NCBI GenBank assembly: GCA_963699755.1
Contig: CAVOVB010000003.1
Coordinates: forward strand, 192,001-256,000
Origin: an uncultured delta proteobacterium
GTDB lineage: Bacteria > Myxococcota_A > Polyangia > Polyangiales > Houyiibacteriaceae
DNA length: 64,000 nt
Reading direction: 5' to 3'
The notes beneath the pieces were generated by a model that was not told the DNA's origin, ran no database searches, and saw only the letters and a list, made by a program, of their open reading frames with translations. Positions 42,171-52,456 of the stretch are shown in pieces. The position numbers and the translations under genes are program-made. Within the stretch, counting starts at the first letter, position 1, and the number at the start of each line of letters is the position of its first letter.

Positions 42171-44066
42171 ATGCCCTGGGACATCTTGATCAAGAACGCG
42201 TTGCTCTTCGACGGACGCGCAGAGCTTCCCAGTCATCAGGACGTCGCCGTCGCAGATGGCAACATCGCTGAAGTCGGCCCGGGCCTCGACCCGCGTCAGG
42301 CGAGAGAAGTCGTCGATGCGACCGGCCGCTGGCTCATGCCGGGGCTCTGGGACATCCACACGCACCTCGACCTCGAGGTCGAGCTCGACCCAGGGCTCAC
42401 CGAGGTCGTGCGTCACGGGACGACCACCGCGGTGGTGGCCAACTGCTCGATCGGAGTTCCCTTTGGCCGTCAGAACCGCGATGGACACGACCCCGTCATC
42501 TCCTGCTTCGCGCGGGTCGAGAACATTCCGAAGAGCGTCCTGCGGCGCGTCGCGGGCCGGATCGACTGGGACGGCCCCAGGGCCTACCTCGAGCACTTCG
42601 AGAAGATCCCGCTCGGTGCCAACGTCGTGCCGATGATTCCGCACTCGATGCTTCGGATCGAAGCCATGGGGCTCGAGCGCGCAATCAGCGAAGGCCCAAG
42701 CGAAGCAGATCTCACGAAGATGGAAGCGATCCTCGCGCAGGCCATGAAAGACGGCTACGCAGGCTTCTCGACGGACATGCTCCCATTTCACTACTTGTCG
42801 GACGACCCACACCGCGAGAAACGAATCCCAGCCAACCATGCGCCCTTCCGCGAGGTCAAACGCCTCACCGAGGTCGTTCGTCGCTACGGCCGGGTCTGGC
42901 AGGCGACGCCAGAGAAAGACAAGCCACAGAACGTTCTCCGATGGTTCATGCTGAGCAGCGGCCGCTTCTTTCGGAAACCGCTCAAGCTGACCGCCGTCGC
43001 CGCGCTCGACGTCGTCACGAACCGATCGCTTGCGCGCATGGGCGTAGCCCTCACGCGCATCATCAACTCCCCTTTGGTGAACGGGCGCTTCCGGCTGCAG
43101 GCCTTGGCGGCGCCGTTTCGCGTCTATGCGGACGGCGCGATCACCCCGCTCAGCGAAGAGATCCCGGCGCTCCGCGAGCTCAACGCAATCGACCTCGAGG
43201 ACGCAGAGGCCCGCATGGCCTTGCTGGATGACCCCTCGTACCGCGAGCGCTTTCGGGCGATGTGGTTTTACGACAAGAAGGGTTTCTCCTTGGCCCGGAT
43301 CAAACGCTGGCTCCGGATCATGGACGACAGCTTCAGCCGTGACTTGAGAGACATGGTGATGACCGCGCGCCCTCTGCCGGTCTGGGAGGGAGAGACCCTT
43401 CAAGACATTTACGAGCGCCTCCTCGACTGGCAGGCGCGACCCGCCGGGCGGGGAAGGCTTCGCAGGACGGGCCTAGGTCCCCGCAACGAAGCAGAGGCCA
43501 AGGTGTTCGCGAGCTTCCCGCATCCGGTCGGCGACGATTGCGACTTCTTCCTTCATTTGCTTCGGCAGTTCGACACCAATCTGCGTTGGTACGTGCTCGC
43601 CGCCAACGAGGACGAAGAGCGCCTCTCCCGCGTTCTGTTCGACCCGCAGATGCTACCCGGCTTCAACGACTCGGGCGCCCATCTCAGCAACATGGCCTAC
43701 TACGACGCCAATCTTCGCGGCCTGCAGATAGCCCAACGCCGCTCGATGCGAGTCCTGGCGTATCATGTCGGCCGCCTGACACGCGTCCCTGCCGAGTTTT
43801 GGGGCATGGACGAAATCGTCGGCACGATCGAAGCCGGCCGTAAGGCGGACCTCATCTTGGTCGACCCCGAGGCGCTCCGACGCTACGACAGTGAGGCGAG
43901 CACGATCTTCGAGTACCGCGAGGCCATTGCAGCGGAGCAAATGCTGAATCGCAGTGACGGGGTCGTGACCGATGTTTGGATCGGTGGCACCGCGGCATGG
44001 CGCAACTCCCACGCGACCGAGCAGCTCGGCCGCGCACGCATGGGTCATGCGCTCACGGTCCGCTGA
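42171..44066 (+). CDS. Amidohydrolase, N-acyl-D-amino-acid deacylase-like
   Basis: WLMPGLWDIHTHLD, GTTTAVVANC, NDSGAH, GRKADLILVD. Confidence 0.88.
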   Translation: MPWDILIKNALLFDGRAELPSHQDVAVADGNIAEVGPGLDPRQAREVVDATGRWLMPGLWDIHTHLDLEVELDPGLTEVVRHGTTTAVVANCSIGVPFGRQNRDGHDPVISCFARVENIPKSVLRRVAGRIDWDGPRAYLEHFEKIPLGANVVPMIPHSMLRIEAMGLERAISEGPSEADLTKMEAILAQAMKDGYAGFSTDMLPFHYLSDDPHREKRIPANHAPFREVKRLTEVVRRYGRVWQATPEKDKPQNVLRWFMLSSGRFFRKPLKLTAVAALDVVTNRSLARMGVALTRIINSPLVNGRFRLQALAAPFRVYADGAITPLSEEIPALRELNAIDLEDAEARMALLDDPSYRERFRAMWFYDKKGFSLARIKRWLRIMDDSFSRDLRDMVMTARPLPVWEGETLQDIYERLLDWQARPAGRGRLRRTGLGPRNEAEAKVFASFPHPVGDDCDFFLHLLRQFDTNLRWYVLAANEDEERLSRVLFDPQMLPGFNDSGAHLSNMAYYDANLRGLQIAQRRSMRVLAYHVGRLTRVPAEFWGMDEIVGTIEAGRKADLILVDPEALRRYDSEASTIFEYREAIAAEQMLNRSDGVVTDVWIGGTAAWRNSHATEQLGRARMGHALTVR

Positions 44067-44102
44067 GTTACGTTTCGACGCACGGGCCTACGGTCTATGG
44101 GG

Positions 44103-45500
44103 CTACGGGACGTCGGCCGGGCAGAAGACGTTGGCACAGAGCGTCTTGGTGCAGGCGCCGTCGGTCGCATCGACGCAGATCTCGTCCTGGCCGGGGCGGT
44201 CGCAGATGTAGATCGCATCTTGGAAGACCACGTTCGGCGATTGCGGGCAGTCCAGGGTGATTTCCGGGCAGCTCATGTTTTCAGTGTCCTCGAAGCTACC
44301 AAAGAGCGCGCTCAAGGTGAGCTCTAGCGGGAAGGGTTTCTGGTCGGTGTCCCAGCCGCGCGTTTGGACGGTCGTCCAGTTCTGCCCCGGCGGGATGGTC
44401 GAGGGATTCAAGTTGATGACGTTCAGATTCGGGCAGAGGTTCCGTGCGACATCGCTTGGGCAGTCGATCTCCATGCAACGCTTCGCGTCCGGGAGCTCGA
44501 GACACCCTAGATCACCGTCGCTCACCTCCACGCAAACCTCGACGCGGCCGGGCTCACCGCAGCGAAAGGTCGTTTCGGCCGCGAGCGGGTCCCCGAAACC
44601 GCCCCCTTCCGAGGTCCACTTGAGAGTCAGGGTCTCTGGGAATTCGTCCGGGTCCACCGCCGCGACGGCAATGGCGCTCGTGTCCTCTCCGCGTGGAATC
44701 GGGTTGGGGTCCGCGCTCATGCTTTCGATGATCGGGCAGGTATTTTCCGCTGACTCCCCCGGGCAGCGAACGGACTCACAGAGAGTGTCGCTGCAGACGC
44801 CATCGGAGGCCTCCACGCAGATCGAGATCACGCCGCCGAAATTCGGGTCGCAAGTGTAGGTCGTCTCGCGCGCATTCGGATCGGCGAATGTTCCGTGACG
44901 TGCCGTGAGCGTGGTGGCGAGCGCATTTGGATTGTCGTCAGGGTCATTGGCGACAATCGTAATCGAAGCGGTCCCTCCCTCGGGAACGGTCATCGGGGGC
45001 ATGGGGTCGATCGAGAGGCTCGACACCTCCGGGCATACGTTCTTCGTATCGGGACAGTCTACGACAGTGCAGCTCCGCTCAGAGCACTCGATCGGCTCGG
45101 GGAGGCGAACGTGCGACCGACGAACGTACTCTAGGACCGAAGCGACGCCTGGAACCTCGCTCGGGGTGCCGCTTTCAGGATCCGCATCGACGTACACCGT
45201 CGTGACGCAGATATCGACAGGACCAGAGACGTCATAGGCGCAGGCGTAGGTCGTTTCGCGTGCAAACGGGTCGGCGAACGTGCCGCTAATCGCCGAAAGC
45301 TCGGTCTTGACGACAAGCCCGTCGACGGCCCAGGGCACGTGCACGTCGACGAAGACGCTCGTCTCGCCGAGCCCCTCGGGGATCATCGCGGGATCGGCCG
45401 TGACCGAGCCCTGCGGACAAATGGAATCGCCGCCCCGACACCCGAGGATCAACAGGGCGGAACAAAGCACCGCGGTACTTATCGTTCGGACAACGGGCAT
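44103..45500 (-). CDS. Cys-rich lipoprotein with four tandem ~100-aa repeats (related to the second module of the lipoprotein family)
   Basis: Lipobox ILGC; repeats CPx...GTFADPxARETTYxC...ICVxxSDGxC. Confidence 0.8.
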   Translation of the reverse strand: MPVVRTISTAVLCSALLILGCRGGDSICPQGSVTADPAMIPEGLGETSVFVDVHVPWAVDGLVVKTELSAISGTFADPFARETTYACAYDVSGPVDICVTTVYVDADPESGTPSEVPGVASVLEYVRRSHVRLPEPIECSERSCTVVDCPDTKNVCPEVSSLSIDPMPPMTVPEGGTASITIVANDPDDNPNALATTLTARHGTFADPNARETTYTCDPNFGGVISICVEASDGVCSDTLCESVRCPGESAENTCPIIESMSADPNPIPRGEDTSAIAVAAVDPDEFPETLTLKWTSEGGGFGDPLAAETTFRCGEPGRVEVCVEVSDGDLGCLELPDAKRCMEIDCPSDVARNLCPNLNVINLNPSTIPPGQNWTTVQTRGWDTDQKPFPLELTLSALFGSFEDTENMSCPEITLDCPQSPNVVFQDAIYICDRPGQDEICVDATDGACTKTLCANVFCPADVP

Positions 45501-45586
45501 CGGACGCGATCCGTTTTATCAGATCGACCTCCAGATTGCGCTATCAAATCGTTCGGTCTGCAAACCCCAAAACACCTTCAGAGACC

Positions 45587-45602
45587 TGTGAGGCGCATCA
45601 CC
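45587..45602. promoter_or_regulatory. CRP/FNR-type box TGTGA-GGCGCA-TCACC (1 mismatch)
   Basis: Intergenic, ~90 nt upstream of the 44103..45500 start. Confidence 0.5.
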
Positions 45603-45890
45603 GATCTTCGACGTTACCAAGCGAGCTCCGCGCCTTTTCGATGGGCTTCCTCGGTTACCCCTGCGTACCTTGTATGTGTCCGTTTTCGACTAGTCGCGGT
45701 CGATGCCATGTCCGTTTCCGGCAAGGTCCGAGAAACGAGATTTCCGGCCACTGCGATCTCCAGGAATTGGCGCGACGTCGCGTTGCACGGCACGCTTCGA
45801 CCTCTTGACCTTGAATTGCGTCGCGAAATAGCGACACTTCGGGATTCTTGCGCGAGGCCTCAGTTCCCCATAATCATGGAGTAGACGAAG

Positions 45891-46529
45891 ATGACCGACC
45901 GACACGCTTATTTGACGAACATCTTATTCATCGCGACCTGCCTGGCTGTCGGCTGCACCAGCGGGGGAAACCTCGGCTGCGGCAGTGACAGCGGCAGCAC
46001 GAGCACGCCCAGCCTCGACACCCAGCTGCTTGGTATCTACGGGCTCGACACGTATCAAAAGAGCGAGGACAGCTGCGACAACCTGGTGGACGTGGAAGGC
46101 GCTCCGAGTCGCCTTGCGCTTTACACCGTCCGCGCGACTGACGACCCCAACAAGGCCGTGATGGTGGGCCAGTTCTGCGGCAGTGCGCTCGATTGCCGGA
46201 GGAGGGTGGAGGATTTCCCCCAGCTCTTCAGCTACACGTTCCTGCAGGGGAGCGACGCAAGCGAATGGCAAGGCTGGGGGATCGCGAGCCAGGGAATGGC
46301 GGGCGATGAGTGTCTGGTCGAGGTACAGACCCACGTTCTGACTTCAGATGCGAACCGCGCGATCCGGATCGACACGAAGCAAGTGGAAACGCGGTACGAC
46401 TCGTCCGAGCCAGCGCCGGGTTCCAATGAGGTGACCTGCACCATCAGGGCTGCGATCGCTGCAATCAGCAGCGACTCGCCGTGCACCGTACAATTCCTTC
46501 TCGAAGCGACGTTCGAAGCGGAGCTTTGA
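45891..46529 (+). CDS. Hypothetical lipoprotein
   Basis: Lipobox AVGC; several Cys; no family recognised. Confidence 0.65.
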   Translation: MTDRHAYLTNILFIATCLAVGCTSGGNLGCGSDSGSTSTPSLDTQLLGIYGLDTYQKSEDSCDNLVDVEGAPSRLALYTVRATDDPNKAVMVGQFCGSALDCRRRVEDFPQLFSYTFLQGSDASEWQGWGIASQGMAGDECLVEVQTHVLTSDANRAIRIDTKQVETRYDSSEPAPGSNEVTCTIRAAIAAISSDSPCTVQFLLEATFEAEL

Positions 46530-46556
46530 GAGAGCGCCCGGCCGACTCGGGCGGGC

Positions 46557-48377
46557 CTACTCGAAGCGGTTGGTTCGTACCTTGTAACCGTTGTCGCTCG
46601 ACTGCTGCCAAATCGAATGCGCGTGGCGACCTTCGTCCACGGCGATCTGGGGAGCGCGCGCCGAGGACGCGAAGTTCTCGATGCGTTCGGCCGAGCTGGG
46701 TACCCAGCTGTTGTCAGGGTCGATCCGATTGGACCAGATGGTTCGATAGCTGTCCCAAATCTGATTCCAGACGACAAAGACGTTGCCGGCTCGGTTGACC
46801 CCGACGCGGGGCGTGGTGGCATCGCCGTCTTCGTTCGGATCATCGTTCGGAGGCTCGATGAGATCTGGCGTACCCCAGCCCGGCCCTGGAGTGTACTCCG
46901 CGACCCAGATGTTCTTGAAAGCGCCGTCGTCCTGCGACCAAACAGCGTAAGCATTCCCATCCCGGTCGACCGCGATGTCGGGGCCTGTCTTGTCGCCGCC
47001 ATCGTACCCGTCGATTCTGGTTGGCTCGGCATCCCACTCGCCTCCCGAAAAGCGAGTGGCGTAGATATCGACGCGTAGCTCGGGAACGCCAGCGCCGCCC
47101 ACGCCGCCCACGCCGCCTACGCCGCCAGCGCCACCGGTGCCACCAGCGCCGCCAGCGCCACCGGTGCCTCCTCCGTCGCTGCGGTTGTCCTGCATCCAAA
47201 TCACCAACGCGTCGCCGTTCGCCCCCACAGCGAGCTGAAAGCCGTCGGCGCTCGTGTCCTCATCCGATTTGATCGCTTGGGCAGTGCCCCAACCCGAACC
47301 GGGCGTATAGCGGTTGGTCCAGAGGACTCTGCCGCCTTCCCCCGCAGGTCCCGCTCGCCGATCCCAGACCGCGATGGCCCCGCCTTGATCGTCCATCCGA
47401 ACCGCAGTTCTGTCCGCCACAGCAGCCGCTGCTGGCGCGTCGATCGTTTCGGCGTCTCCCCAGCCGGTGTCGGGATCATAGCGAATGGCCCGAACGTCCT
47501 CTCGTCCGGTATCGAGGTTGTTCTGCACCCAGACGGCGGTAGCGTTGCCCGAAGGGTCTGCAGCGACCGACGGCAGTTTGGCGCGCGTCACGTCGCCGTT
47601 CTGCAGAAGCGCCGGCGTTCCCCAGCTTCCGGCTTCGACGTCGTAGCGGTTCGCCCAGATCTTCTGGTCGGAGCTCACAAGGTCGCCGCGCTGCCAGACC
47701 GCGAAGCTGTTTCCGGCGCCGTCCGAAGCGACTCTGGGCCGGGTCGCACGGCCGTTGCCGTCGTCGATCGGCTCCGGTTGCTCGCTCCAGAGACCAGTGC
47801 GCGTGTACCGGTTGGCGAAGATGAAGGTATCTCCAAGCCCATCTTCGAGCACCCAGACCGCGACGGCCCCGAGCTGTCCATCGACCGCAATTTGCTGCGC
47901 AGTGGACTCCCAGTTGCCAAGCGGCTCTTCGAGCCATTCGGGCTTCCCCCAGGCGGCGTCGATGGTCTTGAACGTCCACTGGTAGTCTTCTTTGAGGCTC
48001 GTGCCACCGAAGGACTGGAGCTCCGTGGTGACCGTCACCGTGTAGTTAGTGAGAACCTCGAGCGAGTCCTCGGGAACGAGCTCCGCCGCCGTTCCCATCA
48101 CGCCCGGGTCGGCATTCGGCTCGTCCAAGATGCGGACCGTGCTGGGCACCAGCGTGCCGTCTTCGTCGGCGAGGAAGAACGCACCCTGGAGGGTCGCAGG
48201 ATTGATCGCCGCGTTCATCCGAACCGCGACAGTCGTATCGACGATGACGTCTTCGGCGCCGTTTGCTGGAACGATCTGCTCGACTTCGAGGAAGGCAACG
48301 CCGCTGCCGCCGCCTTTGCAGGCGGCCACGAAACACAAGGAACCAAGCAACACAGAAGCAAGCAAACCAAATTTCAT
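46557..48377 (-). CDS. Lipoprotein with SbsA/Big_5 Ig-like domain and beta-propeller-like repeats
   Basis: Lipobox VAAC; PANGAEDV...YTVTVT...YQWTFKT; repeats PxVAxDxxGNAxAVWxQ...IWANRY...GWG; GGAGG RBS. Confidence 0.8.
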   Translation of the reverse strand: MKFGLLASVLLGSLCFVAACKGGGSGVAFLEVEQIVPANGAEDVIVDTTVAVRMNAAINPATLQGAFFLADEDGTLVPSTVRILDEPNADPGVMGTAAELVPEDSLEVLTNYTVTVTTELQSFGGTSLKEDYQWTFKTIDAAWGKPEWLEEPLGNWESTAQQIAVDGQLGAVAVWVLEDGLGDTFIFANRYTRTGLWSEQPEPIDDGNGRATRPRVASDGAGNSFAVWQRGDLVSSDQKIWANRYDVEAGSWGTPALLQNGDVTRAKLPSVAADPSGNATAVWVQNNLDTGREDVRAIRYDPDTGWGDAETIDAPAAAAVADRTAVRMDDQGGAIAVWDRRAGPAGEGGRVLWTNRYTPGSGWGTAQAIKSDEDTSADGFQLAVGANGDALVIWMQDNRSDGGGTGGAGGAGGTGGAGGVGGVGGVGGAGVPELRVDIYATRFSGGEWDAEPTRIDGYDGGDKTGPDIAVDRDGNAYAVWSQDDGAFKNIWVAEYTPGPGWGTPDLIEPPNDDPNEDGDATTPRVGVNRAGNVFVVWNQIWDSYRTIWSNRIDPDNSWVPSSAERIENFASSARAPQIAVDEGRHAHSIWQQSSDNGYKVRTNRFE

Positions 48378-48438
48378 AAGACCTCCTGAACGACCCGCGA
48401 CACCTGTGATATCACAGCTCTCGCGTCGCTGCATGGGT

Positions 48439-51321
48439 TCAGCGGCGACGGCGTGACCGTCGAACGGCGAGCCCGGCGACCAAGATGAACATCAGCGCGG
48501 CCAGATTGCCTTTGCTCGATGCGCCGATGCGACTTGCCGCACAGGTGACCGTGTCGTTGAAATCGAGCAGCGTGTCGTTGTCGCGATCGATGCCCATGCG
48601 CCTGCCCGAGCCCGGTGGCACGCAGGTGAAGGTCACCGCCTGCCCGGGCTGCTGCGCGGCCGTGAGCAACTGTGCCTTCGTCCAGAGGGAATCTCCCACC
48701 AGGTCGCTCTCGAAGTTGTTTCCGCCGACGTAGAGCCAGCCGCGTTGTTCGTCGTTGACGACGCCCTTGGCGATCAAATCGCACTCTTTGACATCGCCGA
48801 GCGTGGGATCGGTATAGTACGTCGCATTCGCGCGCTGAATGAGCAGGTCGACGCGTGCAAGCATCGCCGAGCCGGTGTTGGCGGTCACGGTCGTCTGCTG
48901 GCCGACGATCGGCGCCAGGTCGCTGTCGAACTCCATGATCAAGGCCTCGAGGTTGCGCTTCTGGGTCGTGTTCAGGTTGAACACGTCGGCACTCAGGAAA
49001 TTGAACACGGTCGAGACGCCGCCATCATGTAGGAAGCCGGTGCCGCGAACCTGGTCCCCCATGAAGGAGCCATCGATGTTCGTGAAGAAGTCGGACGGCG
49101 CCTGACCGAACATGCCAACCTTCTGATAGGCGTTGCGGAGGTGCGCCACCTTGAACTCCATCTCCTCGTTCTCGAAGGTCGAAAATCCGGCGGTCCCAAA
49201 GAAACCCTGCGAACGATCGAAGTGGTGACAGCCCCGACAGGCAGCTACCGTGTCGGTGAGCGGCCCGTTCGCCGGGTTCCCCTGCGCATCGAAGCCAAAG
49301 GTGATCTTACCGGAGGCGGCTGCCGGGCTTAGCGAGTTGTCGAGCGCGCGGATTGGGTTCGGCGGGTAGGTGAGCTCAAGCACGAAGTCGGTGAAGTTCT
49401 GCATATCGGCCGGATCGAGCTCCCCTTCATCGCGCCCGATCAAGCCCGGGAAGGCCACGTTGAACTCGTTGAAGGCACGGTTGGCGCATGCCGGGTCCGA
49501 AGGTGTCGTTGCGCACTCGGGTCCCGTGCGGTCGCCTCGCCAGTGCATCGGCCCAGCCTTGGCCATGCCGCGGAAGCTCTGCGTCGTCATCGGGCCCTTG
49601 AGCGGGTCGAAGTCCTGGAGTCCCGGAAGGAAGCCGAGCAGGGGGAATTCGTTCGTCGGCGGTCTGGGATTCGGGTTTGCTGTCGGCGAGGCATCGGGAT
49701 CGCCGAGGTCCCAGGACAGGTCGTCCATGTCGCCGAAGACGTGACAGCCGGCGCAGCTGGCTTCGCCATTGCTGGAGGTGAGCTTGGTGTCGTAGAGGAA
49801 GTCACGCCCGGTCTTGATGAAGAGTGGCTCGGGGTTGTATCGGCCCGCGCCGATCGTGACGAAGCGGTCGCTCAGCCGGACGCTGTACACGGTATTGGTG
49901 CGGCGGCTCGATACCCAGAGAAAGCCGCGCGCTTCGTCCAGGACGAGCCCGGTCGGGCCCTCGATCGGAATCATGTTGGCGGCGCTCGGAACGAAGGTGT
50001 CGTTTTCGAGTTGCGCGGTGTCGTAGATCGCCACGGTGTTCGAGCCGAAGCCTGCCACATAGAGCGTCGTTCCATCGCTGCTGACGGCCATGTTCAATGG
50101 GGTGGCGATGCTCTTTTCTTTGACGCCCGCAGGAACGGGGCTGACGCCGTACGGTATGTGCTTGTTGAGGTGCCGTGGGGTGACGTTGCCCTGCGCGTCG
50201 ATGACGGTGATTCGGGCCTGATGCAAATTCCCGCGTACCGTTGCTGGGTCACCGGAGGGCTTGGGGCCGAGCTGATTGACGTAGTCGCCAAAGCCTTCGA
50301 ATCGAACCCGGTTTTGCGCGTCGGTGTTCGTGACGTAAAGCTTTCCGTTCGCCGGATTGACGATCATGTTGAAGAGGATCGTGCCGACGCCCGAAAACGA
50401 TTGGATCTCGCTCGGAGTCGCTGCGTTCGCATCGATTTTGAACACATCCAGGTCGGGGAGAGAGAAGCGGACGGCGGGGTTCCAGTTGTTCCCCATCTCG
50501 TCTTCCCAGCGACCGTTGGCTTCGTTGTAGCCGACGATGATTCCCGTTTCCCGGCTGGTGATGCCTTGGAAGTTGGTTTCCGGAAGCGGACGGCCGGCCG
50601 GGTAGGTCGTTCCCTCGATGTTGCAGGGGGCGGAGCCGTTGCAGACGAGGCCCTCGTTGATGGTGACGGTCCGATTCCCCGAGCGGTACACCGCGGCGTA
50701 GACCGTCGAGCCGTCGGGGGACGCGGTCAGCGCGCGAGGACGGTCGCCGAAGAGCCGGATGACCGTGAGCGGATTGCCTTGGAGCGAAGAGCCGAGATTG
50801 TTTGCATTGAAGACCCACACATCTGCACGACCTGTGCCCGGCACGTCATAGTCCCCATCGGGCCAGGGTGTGTTCTGTCCGCGGTGTGCAGTCGCGATGA
50901 AAGCACGGTTCCCGCCGGGACCCGCGAAGACGATGCCGCGAGGCTCATCCCCGACCAGCAGCGTACGGACGACGCGCGGTGGGTCGGACGCGACGTCGAC
51001 GACGCTCACGCTGTCCGAGAGATGATTGACCACCCAGACCTCGGAGTCGTTTCGCACGGCGACGGAGACCGGCTCGAGGCCCACGGGCACCAAGGCCAGG
51101 CTGGTGAGCCTCCCGGCCGGCGTCGGTTCGAAGATCTCCAAGGTGCCGTCCGGCGTATTGACCGCGAAGAGGCGAGTGCCGTCGGGCGACATCGCGATCG
51201 GAGTCACCGGGTCCGACTCGAAAAGGGTGTAGGGGGATAGCTGTGCAGCGGCGGGCGCTGGCTGCAAGACGGCGATCGGACACAGGACGAGAATCAGGAC
51301 CAAGAGATCGAGCTTGCGCAC
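48439..51321 (-). CDS. Secreted YVTN beta-propeller plus di-heme cytochrome c protein with MYXO-CTERM-like tail
   Basis: Signal peptide; VGLEPVSVA, VWVVNHLSDSVSVVD, LYVTN; CAGCH and CRGCH; GFLHDG; C-terminal CAA...hydrophobic...RRSRRRR; GTG start with GGAGG. Confidence 0.85.
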   Translation of the reverse strand: MRKLDLLVLILVLCPIAVLQPAPAAAQLSPYTLFESDPVTPIAMSPDGTRLFAVNTPDGTLEIFEPTPAGRLTSLALVPVGLEPVSVAVRNDSEVWVVNHLSDSVSVVDVASDPPRVVRTLLVGDEPRGIVFAGPGGNRAFIATAHRGQNTPWPDGDYDVPGTGRADVWVFNANNLGSSLQGNPLTVIRLFGDRPRALTASPDGSTVYAAVYRSGNRTVTINEGLVCNGSAPCNIEGTTYPAGRPLPETNFQGITSRETGIIVGYNEANGRWEDEMGNNWNPAVRFSLPDLDVFKIDANAATPSEIQSFSGVGTILFNMIVNPANGKLYVTNTDAQNRVRFEGFGDYVNQLGPKPSGDPATVRGNLHQARITVIDAQGNVTPRHLNKHIPYGVSPVPAGVKEKSIATPLNMAVSSDGTTLYVAGFGSNTVAIYDTAQLENDTFVPSAANMIPIEGPTGLVLDEARGFLWVSSRRTNTVYSVRLSDRFVTIGAGRYNPEPLFIKTGRDFLYDTKLTSSNGEASCAGCHVFGDMDDLSWDLGDPDASPTANPNPRPPTNEFPLLGFLPGLQDFDPLKGPMTTQSFRGMAKAGPMHWRGDRTGPECATTPSDPACANRAFNEFNVAFPGLIGRDEGELDPADMQNFTDFVLELTYPPNPIRALDNSLSPAAASGKITFGFDAQGNPANGPLTDTVAACRGCHHFDRSQGFFGTAGFSTFENEEMEFKVAHLRNAYQKVGMFGQAPSDFFTNIDGSFMGDQVRGTGFLHDGGVSTVFNFLSADVFNLNTTQKRNLEALIMEFDSDLAPIVGQQTTVTANTGSAMLARVDLLIQRANATYYTDPTLGDVKECDLIAKGVVNDEQRGWLYVGGNNFESDLVGDSLWTKAQLLTAAQQPGQAVTFTCVPPGSGRRMGIDRDNDTLLDFNDTVTCAASRIGASSKGNLAALMFILVAGLAVRRSRRRR

Positions 51322-51505
51322 GATGCACCTCCACGACGGGTATGAAATGAAACGGACCAAGTAAGGTGATGACCCTATCACCATCGGCCGGGTCGCGCCA
51401 AGCGCGTCAGCATCGACTCTCCGGGTCGCTGCACCATTTGCCGAAACGCCCCTGAAGCGGGGGCCGTCAGGCCTGACTCGGACGGACCCGTTGGCGCTCT
51501 TAAAC

Positions 51506-51541
51506 GCAAGAACCCGCGCACCTGAGCACGCGGGTTCTTGC
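51506..51541 (-). terminator. Intrinsic terminator after 51574..52311
   Basis: GCAAGAACCCGCG...CGCGGGTTCTTGC hairpin, T-rich on the minus strand. Confidence 0.75.
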
Positions 51542-51573
51542 AGTGATGCTGCGCCTAGGCAGCGCTGGTCGGG

Positions 51574-52311
51574 TCAGGGGACCGTGATGTCCACGCCCGT
51601 GCCCTCGACGTCGAAGGTGCAGACCGACTCATCGACCGTGATGAGCGGGTTGCCACCGAGCGTGAGGTCGAGCGCGTAGGTGCCGTCCCAGTTCACGTTG
51701 TAGGTCGAACCAGAGGCACCGGTTGGGGTGACAGCCGCGCTTCCCTCGGTGATCTCACCAGGGGTGCCGATCGATAGGACGTCTCCGGTGGTGAAGGCAC
51801 CAATCGTCTGGCCCGTCGCTCCCGCCGTCAGCTCACTCTCGATGGGACCGCCCGTGGCGTCGGTGAGCACCGCCGCGATCGCCAGACCGCCAAGCTCAGC
51901 CGCGTTGCCCAAGGTCGGCAGCAAGAACTGCTGCGCTGCGACCGTCCACCCAGTGGTGACATTGTTCGAAGCATCGGCGGCCACATCCAAAGTGATCGTG
52001 ACACTGAGGTTGATGCTCGTGTTGAGCGCCGTCACGAAGACTTCGCAACCGCCGCCCGTGGCAGTCGGCCCACCGTTGGACCCCGCCGGTGTGGTGTTGG
52101 CTTCCCAGACCGTCGTACCACTGGCTCCACCACCGTCACCGCCGGTACCGCCTTCGCCGCCGCCACCGCCGCTGCCTGTGCTACCGCCGCTGCCGGTGCT
52201 GCCACCGCTGCCGGTGCTACCGCCGCTACCCGGCGGGGTGCTTTCATCATCCCCGCAGCCGAACATCGTCAGCGCGGCTCCGAGACCCAAAATCAATACT
52301 GTCTTTTTCAT
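51574..52311 (-). CDS. Lipoprotein: Gly linker plus one copy of the shared ~180-aa C-terminal domain
   Basis: Lipobox MFGC; WEANTTP...FLLPTLGNAAELG...NVNWDG...LTLGGNPL...CTFD; GAGGA RBS. Confidence 0.85.
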   Translation of the reverse strand: MKKTVLILGLGAALTMFGCGDDESTPPGSGGSTGSGGSTGSGGSTGSGGGGGEGGTGGDGGGASGTTVWEANTTPAGSNGGPTATGGGCEVFVTALNTSINLSVTITLDVAADASNNVTTGWTVAAQQFLLPTLGNAAELGGLAIAAVLTDATGGPIESELTAGATGQTIGAFTTGDVLSIGTPGEITEGSAAVTPTGASGSTYNVNWDGTYALDLTLGGNPLITVDESVCTFDVEGTGVDITVP

Positions 52312-52425
52312 GTTCCTCTTTCTCCCGCGTCATATAAGCAAACACGCCGCGGGATTTCCGCACAGGTTGGTGCCCGCGTCAAGTCTCTTTCGACAGATCC
52401 ACTGAACAAACGCTCCTTTTAAACG

Positions 52426-52456
52426 AAGAACCCGCGTGCCTGGGCGCGCGGGCTCT
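52426..52456 (-). terminator. Intrinsic terminator after 52492..54318
   Basis: AGAACCCGCG...CGCGGGCTCT hairpin, homologous to 51506-51541. Confidence 0.7.

Noticed and set aside
45765..45800. Sigma54 promoter TGGCGCG...TTGCA
   Set aside because: Spacing does not fit GG-N10-GC.
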